Notes under the pieces: generated by a model
Seen by the model: only the letters and a program-made list of their open reading frames with translations
What the model was told of the DNA's origin: nothing
Database searches by the model: none
Part shown: one piece after another, positions 25,131 to 38,278 of the stretch
Position numbering within the stretch: position 1 is the first letter of the stretch
Layout: each line of letters begins with the position of its first letter
Position numbers and translations under genes: made by a program
Assembly (NCBI RefSeq): GCF_009834535.1
Contig: NC_045696.1
Location: 102,300,001-102,364,000, forward strand
DNA length: 64,000 nucleotides
Direction: 5' to 3'
Source: Camelus ferus
Lineage: Eukaryota

Positions 25131-26143
25131 TTTAAAGGAAAATATTAAAGAAATAATGGTACGGGTGGCTTTCACTGATGTAAAAAACAATCACAAAGCT
25201 GCTATCTGAATTACTAGAGTTTGAGAAATATCACATCAAACCACATTACAGCCAATACTGTTTTCAGATTTCAAATTCACTCTGTATTGTTTTATCCTGA
25301 CGTCTCAGACAATAAGTATCTTCCACTAACCTCTTCATTTTAATCTTTCCTTCTGAAAGTCCCCTCTCACCAAAGGATAAAAGAGGTTTTATAATCTCCC
25401 CAATCATTATTCATTTGCTTATTTGAGATAGGCAGCATGGAAAGTTGAAATGAAACAACCTAAGTTTAAAAACTGGTTTACGTCTTATTTCTATTACTTA
25501 CAACCTAATTACCTCTGCCGAATACTCTGTATGGGTCTTGGCAGTCTCATCTTTTGATGTGGTAGGATGATACCATTTGAGGTCCCTTCTGAGCCTGGTG
25601 TGAACTGTTTTTACCAAGCTCACCATCAGGACGGTCAGCAGGAGCCAGATTGCTGAGTTGGTGAGATCTACCTCATGGCTTCACTAGGTTACAATTTTAG
25701 TTTCTAGAAAGACTTCTGCCAGCTCTTTAACATTTTTCCTGAATTCAGTAGTTTAAGACAGAACATTTAATAAAGCATATTTTGCCTTTGGTTGTAATAA
25801 ATGGATCTAGTTCTGGAATGCTTTTATCTCCTCCTGTTTAGGTCCTAGTACATCTGTGGTATGATCTACGCTCCTAATATCTGCAGTCAGCAGATTATCC
25901 TGGTGAAAATCTGAGCCGGCCTAGGGCTGGGAGCAGTTTCTGTCAAGTTGGGCATGAATATGCAGATGCCCTAGAGAAACAGTTAAAAGCACAATTCTAA
26001 CTTTTATGGCTGGAAATGAAACTGTGTTTAAGATTTGTTTATTATATTCAGGAGTTCCCTAAGAAATTTCAAGTGCCTGCAAACAAAGTTCCCAGCCAAG
26101 TAAAAACTTTCTACAGCTGCATACTCACAGATATAAAATTTTC

Positions 26144-26639
26144 TGTATTAGCCCCAGTTTAGGCAGGAAACAAGTGGCAGATTCAAGTTGACTCATTTAA
26201 AGAAAGTTAATAAAAGGAGTATTTACAAAGATAGGGGCTGGCCTAAGAAAATCAGCAAGGGATAGTGCAGTACCCCTGGAATAGAGTCGGTGGAGACCAG
26301 TTACCACTCTGTACCCGAAAGGGCAGGAGAGGGAATATTGACCAGGACCCAGAGAGAGTAGCTGTACAGAGAAGGCTGCCAATTAGAAGCTGAGGAGCTC
26401 CCCTTGAAAGAGGGACACAGACGCCATGGTGACCTGGCAAGAAGGGAGCTTGAGAAATAAATACTGTCTTCACTCTTCTCCCTCTTTCCAATATCCTGCC
26501 AGCACTTCCTTTTGGCCAAAACCGTTCCAAAGCCAGAGAGCAAGAGACGCTGTTCACATTGTTGAGCATCTCAGAGCCCAAAACAGTAAGGAGAAGGAGG
26601 AAGAGAAGATGTAGAGGGGCAAATGGAAAAAGTCACACA
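26144..26639 (-). mobile_element. ERVL solo LTR (LTR33/LTR16-type)
   Basis: Reverse complement begins tgtgtgactttttccatttgcccctc and ends cttgtttcctgcc..gctaataca, with internal ctttgtaaatactccttttattaac. Confidence 0.75.
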
Positions 26640-26697
26640 TTTCCCAAATCCAGGAGTGGGGCAGCAAAAACAATCGTGAAGGTATTTTGCCCAAGAT

Positions 26698-26823
26698 CAG
26701 GACTAGGGTGAGGCAAACAGGGTACCTAGGATGCACAATTTAAGGAGATGCTCACTCTCAGGATCAAGCTAACCTTCAGCACTTGCCTAGCCTGGAGAGA
26801 GAGGTCACCTAGTCCCAGCCCTG
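26698..26823. mobile_element. MER96-like hAT MITE
   Basis: caggactagggtgaggc..aatttaaggagatgctcactctc..cacctagtcccagccctg with inverted ends. Confidence 0.7.
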
Positions 26824-26929
26824 ATTTCACTGAGAGACTTGATTCTTTGCAGTAGAATTAAGAAACAGATGTATTACCTTTTAGTCTATAAGTATAAAAA
26901 GACCATTTGTTTAAAAATTTTTAAATATC

Positions 26930-27147
26930 TTTTTTTTAATTGAAGTATAGTCAGTTACAGTGTGTCAATTTCTGGGGTACAGCACAATGTCCCAGTCATA
27001 CATATATATATATACATATATTCATTTTCATATTCTTTTTAATTAAAGGTTATTACAAGATATTGAATATAGTTCCCTGTGCTATACAAAAGAAATTTAT
27101 TTTTTATCTCATTTTATATATAGTGATTAACATCTGCAAATCTCTTA
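26930..27147 (-). mobile_element. 5'-truncated L1 3' UTR (camelid/artiodactyl type)
   Basis: ttttttaattgaagtatagtcagttacagtgtgtcaatttctgg..attgaatatagttccctgtgctataca. Confidence 0.9.
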
Positions 27148-27267
27148 GACTTTTTCCCCAAGGACCAGGCAGATAATACACTACTTATACGTGAAGTGTC
27201 CAGAGGCTAGAGTGCTTAATGGCCCAGCATGGGCACTGAGCTCTGGATTTTGATTATTCTGTGTGGG

Positions 27268-27430
27268 GGTGTCATTGATTCCAACTGCACATTTTTTCAC
27301 ATCCTAACATTTCTGAAGTCAATGTTATAATCAATGGTGTCAGAGTACAACTAGCAGCATTTTTCTTAGAAGTATATGAAGTAATAGTGTGCCTTATAAT
27401 GGATGGCATCTTTGATTTGATTAAATTCAC
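27268..27430. mobile_element. MER104-like TcMar-Tc2 MITE
   Basis: tgcacattttttcacatcctaacatttctgaa..gtgccttataatggatggcatctttgatttgattaaat. Confidence 0.65.
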
Positions 27431-27439
27431 TGTAAATAC

Positions 27440-27560
27440 TTTATGTATCTGGGCTTAACACATTTTTCATATCTATTACAACATCTACATCTAGCAGGTA
27501 ATAATGGTCATGGGATGTCCTCAACCAGGATTTCCTGAATGAATGAGTGAATAAGTGAGT
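27440..27560 (+). mobile_element. L2 3' end with (TGAA)n tail
   Basis: ..tgaatgaatgagtgaataagtgagtgaa. Confidence 0.55.
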
Positions 27561-29485
27561 GAAGGAGGGAATGAATGAAGGAGTCCTCCTGTCCTAGCTG
27601 ATATTTACTTGCAGGGCTTGGATAGTGTGGTGTCAGGAAAAATATCAGTTCGTATACAACAGTTTAAAATATCATTATGATCTTCTGGAATGATAGGCAA
27701 AAAGCCTGATTGTTGCATTAGCCATCAGCATTCACTTAACTCTCATTATTTCATTTTCTGCCAAATTGATGCTAATTTTCTTTCCACGCTGTGCACTTTC
27801 TGTAGTCTTCATGATCATTTGAAACCCTGTTTTACAGCAGATTTTTACTCACTCCTTTTGTCTTCCTCTTTCTCATATGCTCTAAGATAACTTCTTCCCA
27901 ACAGCCTTTTCATTAATTCTGTTTTCACATCTCTGATTTTAACCCTTTAATTCTGAAATCAAGGTGCAGTTGTCAGTGTAATTCTAGCATTAACCATGAA
28001 TTCTTTTACTTTAAGCATTTCATTTTATTTTAACACAGTCCTGCATGAGCATGCCCCTCATCGTTAATAGCTGCTGGTTTGGCCAGAGAAGACATTTTTC
28101 TAGTGATTTACTTTAATCCCTGTCACCAAGAAATGAAAATCATTTTCTTCTTTTTGATGAGTCATGCAGTAACAGCTTCCTCGCTTACCCTTTATCTCTT
28201 CCTGTCAATTTCCCTCTAAAAATTAAGGTATTTATTCATTCTTAGCAAAAGCAAGATAATGCAATATTGAGACTGGTATTTCTGACTTCACTCTCTTCTG
28301 AGAATAAAGAATATTTTTTTTTCATTAAAAAAAGTAAATATATGTATATCACAAAGCTGATTATTAACTATTAACAGCATTACATGGCCTTAAAAAGTGT
28401 TAACCACCCCGAAGGAAAATAAGATTTCAGTTGTTAATTTGTAGAGATTATGAATCACAATCTACTTCCAGTTTGGGGCTTAAGTAATGGTTTTGGCAAT
28501 CATTATTTACCCAAAATCTATTTTAATTTCAGTTTTAGTGATTTATTAGTGTTGGTGAAACAATCTTTTCTAGCTATTTGTTCGTGGTTTATGTCCACAT
28601 GATTAATAATTCTGTACTATCTGCAGGACATTGTTGATGGATAGCCAGAAGCAACAGATGTACTGGTGCAAAATTATTACAGAACCCAGTCGCAAGTGCC
28701 TTTGAATGGATAACTTAAGAAATGGGTTATAGTTTGTTTTTTTTTAAATACTAAAATACATGGTGTTACAGTGATAACTTTAGATCCTCTTCCCAACCTC
28801 CATATGCTTTAGATAAAACATGAATGCTACCTAGTGCATATTCTAGCCCTCCATAAACACTCAACGTATGTTAGCTGCTACTATGATTTTAAGTTTACGT
28901 TTCCAGCTGCCTTTTCACACTCTGCCTCCCTTACATCCTCTCTCAATACCGTGGTGACCTTTTGCCCTTGGGCTTTTGTTCTCACCTCTTTCTGTTCTCA
29001 GGAATAAGTCTGATCCAATCACTTGTACATTGTTTGACTACAAGTCCAAATATTGCCTCTACCAAGTCCTTGCCTTTAGGACCGATCTTCAATGGGGAAT
29101 GAAGCACTTTATCTCATGCTAAGGAAGTTCAGGCACTAGAAGTTAGAAATGGTCATGATTCAGGGCAGTAGCCTTCTCAAAACATCTTGTAGATTACCTG
29201 CCCTACCAACAGCTAAAGCCAATCTGGGATGGAGATTTCAGAACCAGCCACTGAAATTACACCTTCTGCCTCAGCTGTACTGTAGATAAACATCTATCAA
29301 TCTTGCAAAGCTTTTTTGTTCTCTTCTCAGGATTATTTCCAGGACATCATTCCACATAAATGTTTCCTTGTCACCGTTTACTTTGGCTGGGTCAACTTTT
29401 CTCCTGGATTTTTGCCTAGAGGAATTTAACGTTTCCCTAAACATATGTTCCATTTATTTCTCCCTCATTGTCAAAGTCCATTCTT

Positions 29486-29808
29486 ATTTTTTTTTAATTT
29501 TTATTGAAGTGTAATTGATTTACAATATTAGTTTCAGGTATACAGCAAAGTGATTTAGTTATACATATACATACATATATATTTTCTTTTCTGATTCTTT
29601 TCTATTATATGTTATTATAAGAAATTGAATATAGTTCCCTGTGCTATACAGTAGGCCCTTACTGTTTATCTATTTTATATATAGTAATGTGTGTCTGTTA
29701 ATCCCCAAACCCTAATTTATTCCTCCCTGCCCTTTCCCTTTTGGTAACCATAGTTTGTTTCCTACGTCTGTGAGTCTGTTTCTGGTTTGTAAATAGAGTT
29801 TGTAAATA
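29486..29808 (-). mobile_element. 5'-truncated L1 3' UTR (L1MA9/artiodactyl type) flanked by a ~64 bp diverged direct repeat
   Basis: ttttttaatttttattgaagtgtaattgatttacaatattagtttcaggtatacagcaaagtg..ggtaaccatagtttgtttcctacgtctgtgagtctgtttctg. Confidence 0.9.
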
Positions 29809-30974
29809 GAATTTAATGGTTCCCTAAATGTATGTTCCACATACTTCCCCCTCATTGTCAAAGTCCATTGTTGATTTTTGCATCAAGAGAACACATTCCT
29901 ATCCCAGCCCCTTCCCTCTGAAGTCTGAGCACATCCGAGAACAGCAATATGAAGGCCTGCTCTGGGGTGGCAGTCCAGACCCACACTGCACACCCAGTGT
30001 GGGCCTTCACGGAGAGCTGGGATTCTGCCGCAGTTCCACCTGGAGTCCCTTGTAGCCGGAGTGGTTTGGAGTGAAGGAAGGAGATGCTCGTCTGGTATTG
30101 TCATGTGAGCCTATGTGTTTGACTGTGAAGTAACCACAATAGTCTCCAGGCTTTAAATTTTCTACTTCTCACTCAGACCGCCGACAGTCTGGGATTTATT
30201 TTCAACCACTTTTGGTTTCACACCAACATACAAAGCAGACTCCTACAACCATTTTATATTCAGTAGTAAAAAGTCTCTTTTTTTTCTCACCCATCATCAG
30301 TTTGACATTGAGATGACGCCCCACCTGGTAACACGCTAGAATTTCAACAAGCTAATCCACTTGAAAGGATAAATCCCTAATTGCCCAGACAGGGCACCCA
30401 GAGTGAAGCCTTAGGGAAGACAGGCCAGATGCCTTGATAAGTTATTACATCTCTCTTCTCACCAAAGTGTGTCAGTGTGCTTGCGGCTTGGGTCAAAAGA
30501 AATTAGCCTGTGTATTCAGTCTCAATCCTGTTTCTAATTGACTCTTATCTGTAGCCTGAAATTAGCTTACATCTTGGCAGAACTAAACATGGCACACTCA
30601 AGGGAAGTTTTGCCAAACTTCAAGAACAGGATGTAGATCTGCATTTGTGTCGGTGACTTGTACTTGTTTATTAGTGTTTATTTTTCAAAGAACATTATGT
30701 TTTCAGCATACGTATATGTTCCTGAGCATACTTCCGAGTCGTCAGAGGTGAGAAACACCAGCTCAGTGACTCATCTCTGCATCCAGGGCACACCTACTCT
30801 TAGTCTGAACTCTATAAATAAGCCTCCACTGGAACCAGACATCACATGGAGAACTGACTTTCAGGTCAAGAGAGGGAGGGCGGAAACACAGCTCCTATGC
30901 TGGAGATGCTCACAGTACAATCTTAATTCAGAAGACCTCCGTAGCAAAAAGAACACCGTCATCACCCACCACCA

Positions 30975-31180
30975 CTAGAACAGCAGCTGCCACTCCTGAG
31001 CAATTCTTGGTGCAGCCTGTGCGGAACCTCCTACCTGCATCATCTCTCAAGCACCCCGTGGGATAGTCACTACTTATATCCCATTTTAAGGGAAAGGGAA
31101 AGGGAGGCACAGCTTCTCGCCTGTAGTCACACAGGTGAATGGTGGGACCAGCTTGTCAGGTGTCTAACTCCTAATGATTA
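30975..31180 (-). mobile_element. MIR, degraded
   Basis: cttatatcccattttaaggg..gtcacacaggtgaatggtgg. Confidence 0.55.
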
Positions 31181-32489
31181 TGCTCTGTGCTCTGTGCCTC
31201 TTGGTAGCAGTCACCTAGTAGTTTTAGTAAACTATGTCAGCAAAGAGTTCAAGAGAGGCCAGACCCTTCTCTATTCTGATCAGCCTAACAGGGACCTAAG
31301 GAAGCTGTCCCATATCCATAATCTCATAAAAAAATGTCATGTGGACAGCCCCAGGACACCAGCACAGGAATGTCACATGAACCCTTGATCTAGCAAGTTG
31401 GTAATCAGCCAGATCCCAGGGGTGGGAAAGTGTAACCTAGCAGAGCACATGAAGGACCACCAGACGCCAGTGCATCCGGGCACCGGTGGAAACCCAGAGG
31501 GACAGCTCCGCTCTCAGCAACATCCCCAGACTTCCCAGTTTCTTACTCTTCTGCGGTTTGCTCAGTCATAGCAAATGCTTCTTGTCCCCAAATTATAAAA
31601 CCTCTCTTTCTTCCTTCACTGCATTGGCAGATGTATTATCTTATCCCTCCCCAAATTCAAAATCAGAGTTGCTTCTGAGTACACGTTAACCTGTGTGCTC
31701 TACAACCAGTCTTCGGATAGATGTGTAAAACCAGCCACCCAGTTACTGGCCAAGAGACTCACTATCACACCTCTGACATGATCCATCATTCTTTGCTTGA
31801 AGGCAAACAAGAAATGGGAGAGGTTATTTTTCTTGATACCAAGCCCACACTGATAACATTTGGGTAATTCCCATGTGGTATGGTCCCACATAACAGATAT
31901 TAATCCAAACAGGAATTTTTCTATGTCTATTGCCACAGCTTTCATCCAGAAAATGTTCACCTTCTTCGAGACTGTGATAAATTACTCTCCTGAGCCTCTT
32001 TCCTAAGCCTCTCTATAGCCTTTCTTAAATATGATGTCCAAACTGTCTTCAAATACTAAATGAGATACACCCTTCTCCATCTTCCATGAACATTCCCAGG
32101 CCACTGATCTTGCCCTTGGAAAACCCACTTCCCCTCCCTTTTTCCTTGGATTTTACAGTTTGGTCTCAACCTCCACTTCAGACAAGCAAAGAGCCAAAAC
32201 TCTTAAGGGTGTGGGAAGGGCTGTTTTTCTTGAGCTGATAAGAAGGTAGAGAGCTGACCTTGCTACACTCACAATAGAGATGCTCAGAACTCACTGATGC
32301 CGAGCTTCTGTTCCACCTTTCTAGGAGGCTATGCCTCAGGGAAAACTCACACATATTCCTCCCGTCTGCGGCTAATGGCAGGGGTGAAACATTAAGGGCA
32401 GGAGTAGAAACTCGGAATCATCTCAGTACTTTCCTCTCCACTCCACAGCCAGTCCACCACATCCCACCACCACCCCCCCTCCATGCACA

Positions 32490-33740
32490 CAGCTCTCAAT
32501 TCCATCTCTTGTCCACCACCACTGTCTTAGTTTAGACCCTTGGTCAGACTATTGCTGTAAGTCTACTAAATGACCTCTATGCCTCCAGTTTCTTAATATC
32601 ACAGTTTTGCCCCCAGTGGTTTCTGTAGAACATAAATCTAATTATTTCAACCCCTACTGCCTACAGGAGAACAAAACAAAATGAAAAATACTTTCCTAAG
32701 CATAGCATTCAAGAGCCTTTATAATTTGGCCTCAAATTACATTCTGATCTCACCCAGAGCAACTCTGCCCACCTCAACGTGCATAACCGTCACAGTCTAC
32801 CCACATTATCATGTCCCAAGTCTACTTTTTTTCTTTCAAATTTCTCCTTTGCTCCTGGTGTGCCCTCCCCAACCTCCCTTTCACCAAAGGTTAAACTTTT
32901 CCTCACTGTTGTGTGAGTCCCAGCCCACTGATAGTGAGGCTGTGAGCTAGGAATGCCTGAGGCACTTGCCCACATTCCTCACCCGTATTTCTCTAGACAG
33001 AGACCCCACAGATGCTTTCCCACGAGGGCCAATGTTGTGGCTAGACCAGCTCTTGTGAGTTTTGTTATGATTGCAGGATACACTTCCAGAAACCATCAGG
33101 GAACTTTAAGGAAAAAGATTCATTGCTCTCACAGGTCCTGGAGGGTATACCCGGCACGCCTGAGGTCACACAGCAAGGTCATGGAGACAGAGAGTGTGGA
33201 CCTGAGGCTCTGCCTTTATTAGGCCTGAGGTTGGGGGCTGAAGTGTTCGCTCCTTATTGGCTAATAAAGCAGAAGAGCAGGAAATTGGGCACAGGAAAGG
33301 AAAATCTGGGTCTTTCAAGCACTTACTCATCTGGGTTATCCAGGGCTTTCCAAAAGACAGACTTTATGGGTGGGGGCTGCCTAACTCCTCATCTGGCTGT
33401 TTTGCTAGGAGCTGTATTGTATGGCTGGCAATATGTTTATGGAAGATGGATATCTTTAGAAGTGAATGCCTCAGTGATCAAAAACTTAATGTCAGGCACC
33501 TATACTACACTCCCCTTTCAATACCCACTTCCTCTTTGAAATGTGCCCCACCTCTCCACAGCCCATCTTGGTTGGACTTTTTGTTGCTGTGTTTCAGTAA
33601 TTCCGTGTGTAATGCTTATTACCTCATCACATTCTGGTTCTTTGTTTCCAACAGCTGTCTTTCCCATTAGATCTGGGGTCACTGATGGCATGAATCCTGT
33701 CATCAACCTTTATATCCTAGCATCTATCATTTATAGACAA
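32490..33740 (+). mobile_element. L2 3' region in two pieces (~32490-32960 and ~33510-33740) around a MER76 LTR
   Basis: accaccactgtcttagtttagaccc..aacataaatctaattat..tcaagagcctttataatttggcctc; later ttcccattagatctggggtcactgatggcatgaatcctgtc. Confidence 0.55.
33033..33509 (-). mobile_element. MER76-like ERVL solo LTR
   Basis: Reverse complement tgtagtatagg..aggcctaataaaggcagagcctcaggtcc..catgaccttgctgtgtgacc..ccaggacctgt..gagctggtctagccacaaca. Confidence 0.8.
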
Positions 33741-33819
33741 CCTACCCTTGGCTTTACCCTATCTGGTATTTACCATTCGGTGTAGGGGACATCAACACCT
33801 CCCTAAAAGAATAACACCA

Positions 33820-34085
33820 GTAATGGCAAGAACATCAGCTAATGTTTCATGAGTGCTTCCTAAGTGGCAGCCAATATGTTACACACATATATGTATTAAC
33901 ACATTTCATCCTTAAAATAACCCGGAAGTAAATATATACTTATCCCCATGTACAGTTGAGAAAACTGAGATTTAGAGGCATTAAGTAATTTGTCCTGAAA
34001 TTACAAATATAGTGAATGATAGAAGTGAGATTTTAACCCATACAGCCTGGCTTCAAAGTCCCAACTCATTTAGCTACTGTGCCAC
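33820..34085 (-). mobile_element. MIR
   Basis: tatccccatgtacagttgagaaaactgagatttagaggcattaagtaatttgtcc. Confidence 0.85.
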
Positions 34086-35504
34086 ATCGAAATAACAAAA
34101 TGAACTGAGGCGAGTTTTCCACTTACCTTAGTCCATTTTTTTATCTCCCCTCCCCCAAAATTTAAAATCAATTATAATAGATTAATTTGGGTCATACACA
34201 AGTTCTACTAATATTTATGCAAATAATACGAGGTGGGGATGGGGCAAAGTTCCAGATTTTGGCATGATGTTCTCATAGCTACCCAACAGCCCGCAAACCT
34301 CAGCAGGGGTCTTTCAGACTCCTCCACTGTCCTGCTGTATTTATTGTGCTCAGTATCCAGTCACTCTTCTCTTACTGAAAATGTCATTTTTTATGTTTAG
34401 CCATCAAATACAGCTCTTAGAGGAAGTGGCTTCTCCCCCACCCCCCCTCCCCACCACCCCGCCCCTGTCAGCCAGGGACTCAGAAGAACCAAAACTGAAC
34501 ATAAGACTGTTGGGATTCACACAATGAGATTAAGCCCTGGTAATATTTCACTGCCTTTCCGGAGGTGCTAAGTGATAAGGATCAGAATGGGTTTTGTTGG
34601 CTTTAATGGGAAAAGTGAACCTTTTGTTAGTTGCTTACCTTGCTTCCCCTCTAAGAGAAACCCAACTTTGGAGCTCTCTCTTTTTGCCGTGGTTGGATAT
34701 GGGAGCATCCTGAGACTTTAATACGTCTAATAAGACTCATCAAAGAATGGAGCTGCCATGGCAGGGGAGGTGCATTGTGCTGCACAGAGATGTGTTTTGC
34801 TCTGAAAATGGAGCTATATGCTTGCTGTAAATGAGGAACCCAGAGTGAGATGTTGGAGGGCACAGCTGGGAATATGTGCAAAGCTCGTTTTCATTTTCAT
34901 CTGAATACCATAGAGGCAGCACTCGACTTGTTTAAAATTAAAAGGTGCATCAGAAATGCAAAACATCATATAAAATTTTAACCAGTCTTTTTAGTTGCTT
35001 TGTAATCTTTACTGGCGCTTCATTCTCTATATTTTTAGAAAATTTTTTGAGCTGTGTGGTGGTTCTTCCATCCACCCTGGGCTTCCCTTTCTATAGTCGC
35101 AGGTACCTTTCTGGTTATTCGTCCACCACCTGCCCCTATTCTTTATAATAATGTACTGCTTCCTTTTCACCTGCCTTCTCTTTGCTCTCCTTCTGCTCAG
35201 TTCTTCCCTTCCCCCTCTTCCTCTTGCTCTTTAGACACCTTCCTTTCCTTTGTTGCCCTCTCACCTCCAGAGCCTACCAGTAAATTGTAGGTAAATTCCA
35301 ATCCGGGAAACGTGGCCCTCCATGAATAGAAATCATGTTCTGTGAAACCAGAAATCCCTGCTTTGCCCTGGCCACTCCTTGTGGCTCAGCTGGAGCTGTT
35401 TGTGTACATCCAAGGGTTACCCGATGCAGAACTGGGGACAAGAAGGGTTGAGCAGTGACCATGGTGGTACTGAGCTCTGGCCCCGCTGATTTTAAAAAGT
35501 ACTG

Positions 35505-35755
35505 ATAATAATAAAAATGACAAAAAGGACAATAGCTGCTAACATTTCTTGAGCACTCACTAGGTACCAGGCCCTAAGCTAACACTTTATTAGTGTTTTC
35601 TCCTTTAATCCTTACAACAACCCTGGGAAGCAGGCTCTGCTATCATCCCCATTGCACTGACAAGAAAGCCGAGGCAGTGAGTGATGCAGTCACACAGCAG
35701 TGAGAGGCTCTTGCCAGCTGGGTTTCACTCACCAGCCCTGTTCCCCCAACAACCA
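35505..35755 (-). mobile_element. MIR
   Basis: tttaatccttacaacaaccctgggaagcagg..atcatccccattgcactgacaagaaagccgaggc. Confidence 0.85.
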
Positions 35756-36787
35756 CAGGGTAAGCGGGAGTCCTGGGATTCCTGAAGAGCTAGCCCCAGG
35801 GTGACATGCAGCCATGGATGCAGCATGTCATGGCGTAACCAGACAGGTGGACCCAGGGTGGGCCAGGGTTGTCATAGCCCCAGCAGAACGATCATAGGGG
35901 CCCCAGGAGGGGTTCCGTCAGGAAGCAGAGTACAGAGTAGAAGGTGCCAGCTACTTGCAGTCCAAGTCAGTGAAAACTTTAAGCAATGGGGCATCTGAAC
36001 CAAGTTAGGGCACCAAGATGAATGGTCCACGGTGATTAGAAGAAGAATGGCAGTAGTGGGAAGTTCAGGAAAGTAGGTGGGGCATCACGATGGCCAGTGA
36101 TAGTCAACAGGGCCCCAGCCACCAAATGGAGTTTGGAGAGAGGGGATTCAGTTGATGGAAGAGGCACTGATCTAGGCAAGGCCAGAGCTCAGGGATACTG
36201 GGTCTCGGAAACAATGACAGGTCCAGTTACCAGCCCTGGGGGACTGGGTCCAGAGGAGACAAGCAGCAAGGGTAGTTCAGTGTTATGGGAAAGACGCTTA
36301 AGAGCCTTAGATGTCACCCAAGGAAGTGGGACCTCATCCCAGACACCTGTGATTTCACCTGGGGAGCTGCTGTATACACATGGGGCACCACATGCTAGGA
36401 CAACATCCTGTCTTCTTTCTGATAATCCCTCAAGAACCCCTAATGTGTAAATGATCTTTTATGCTTAAAAGGGAGTGGATTCGAGGTTAATCCTAAAAGA
36501 ATATCATTTTCACACTCTGATTTGCTTTCTGGAAGAGAAGAGGAAGAGATACAGACACAGCTGGCATGTTTGCTTAACCGTAGGGATGCTGTGTGATGTG
36601 CTGTGCATGCTGGTGTCAGATTATATGTCACAATTGTGAAAGGCCGGCAAATTGCCCTCAGAAACAATGGAGAGTCAGTCTGGGGGTGTGCAGGGTGTGG
36701 CAGAAGATAACTATGTTTTCTTGTAAGCCCTTATATAATGTTTCAATTGTATTGTTTTGTTACATATGTGCGTGTGTGCGCGTGCAG

Positions 36788-36789
<2 letters not shown>

Positions 36790-36819
<30 letters not shown>
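36790..36819. repeat. (GT)n microsatellite
   Basis: Directly visible. Confidence 0.95.
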
Positions 36820-36821
<2 letters not shown>

Positions 36822-38089
36822 TATAAACTTGAAAAGAAAAAAATGCACAAAACTTGACTCTCAGGCTATCAGTCCCATCTGTACTAAACTAAAGACATAT
36901 AGAGACAATATGCTAACCTATTGTTGCAGACAGGAAATCGGCACTCTTAACTGGCAGATACAAGAATTTTAAAAAGCAAAAGAATAGTAGCCAGGGACCA
37001 TTTAATGTAGGCATAAAGAGGCTCACTTTCCTCTCAGAAATCATTATAACACAGCGAGTGTTAGATTTTATGGGGCCAGCGGTGATACTGAGACCTCTAG
37101 TCAAGTTCCGCGTATCCCCATTACACTATGGTTTAGGAGGCAGGGAGCCAGGTAATATATTTTAGCATGACTTCTATCAAAAGGAGCCAAAATCACAAAT
37201 GAGAGAAGGTATCATTCTTGCCTGCCTTTCCTTCAGAACTTTTAAATTATAATGAACTGTTTAGATTTTTCGAATGAAACCCACCAAACTGTATGCCATG
37301 TGAGGGCAGGGACTCTGCCTGCTTTGTTCACCCCAGCTGCCCCGGGGTTGGGGGTGGGGAGTTTCTCTTTCCTCGAACCTCTTGAGATGTTCAGTGTGCT
37401 GTAGGCAGGAAGGGAGTCAGGCCGGGCCCCAGGAGAAGCGCTCCTGTTCGGGAGAAGAGCAGCTCTCCTGGGTCCCTGAGGTGCTTGTCACCAAGTCCCA
37501 CAGAAACTGAAGAACTTAATCCCCTGCTATCATTCCTCTGCTCCACCTGGCTTCTGGAATAATTGAAACTAGAAATGTCTGTTGTGATTGCTGCTAGGGA
37601 GGAAGGCTTAAATTTTAATGGAAAACTTCAGTACTACCTCAAAACTTTAAATGTTGGGTTTCTTGTGAAATTTGACTTCTGTTCTCTCCAGTTTTCTAGA
37701 GAGAAAGAGAAAAGAAAAGAAAAAAAAAGCGCTAAACAGATGCAGCAGGGGGAACTTCAAGACCCTCAGTTCAATTCACAGCCTGCGTGGGTGCCAGGCA
37801 GCCCTTGGTTGGGGGCAGGGGGCTGGGAGGTTCTGGCTTACTCAGTAATAAAGGCCTCTGGGGGCCCCAGCTTCCCCAGAGAGCTCAGAGCCCCTGGAGG
37901 CTTGAAGGTAGACCAGCCCCGTGAGAAAGGGGGATGGGGACTCCAACTTGGCCCTCAGTGTTTACAGAGGTTAGACTCATGTCACCGGACCCCAAGGTCA
38001 CTGCCTAGACTCACCTTAGGAGGCTGGGCCTAACCTCCCCTCCATTGTCTCTCTCCCAGCCCTTCTGGAAAAGATCCTTCCTGACTCTC

Positions 38090-38278
38090 ACTGCCTCTGT
38101 CCTCCCACCCTCCCTCCCCCTTCACCTTCCCCAGTCTTCTCTCCCCACTGCCCCCCATCCTCCCCCTCCCTGCACTGCCCTCTCCTCCCCTCTCACTTCT
38201 CTTTCCTCCCTCTCCTCTTACTCCTTCCTGACCTCCTTTCCCTCCTTCCTCCCTCTTCCCTTCTTCTCTCCCTCCAAC
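38090..38278. repeat. C/T-rich polypyrimidine low-complexity tract
   Basis: About 190 bp, nearly all C/T on the + strand. Confidence 0.9.
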
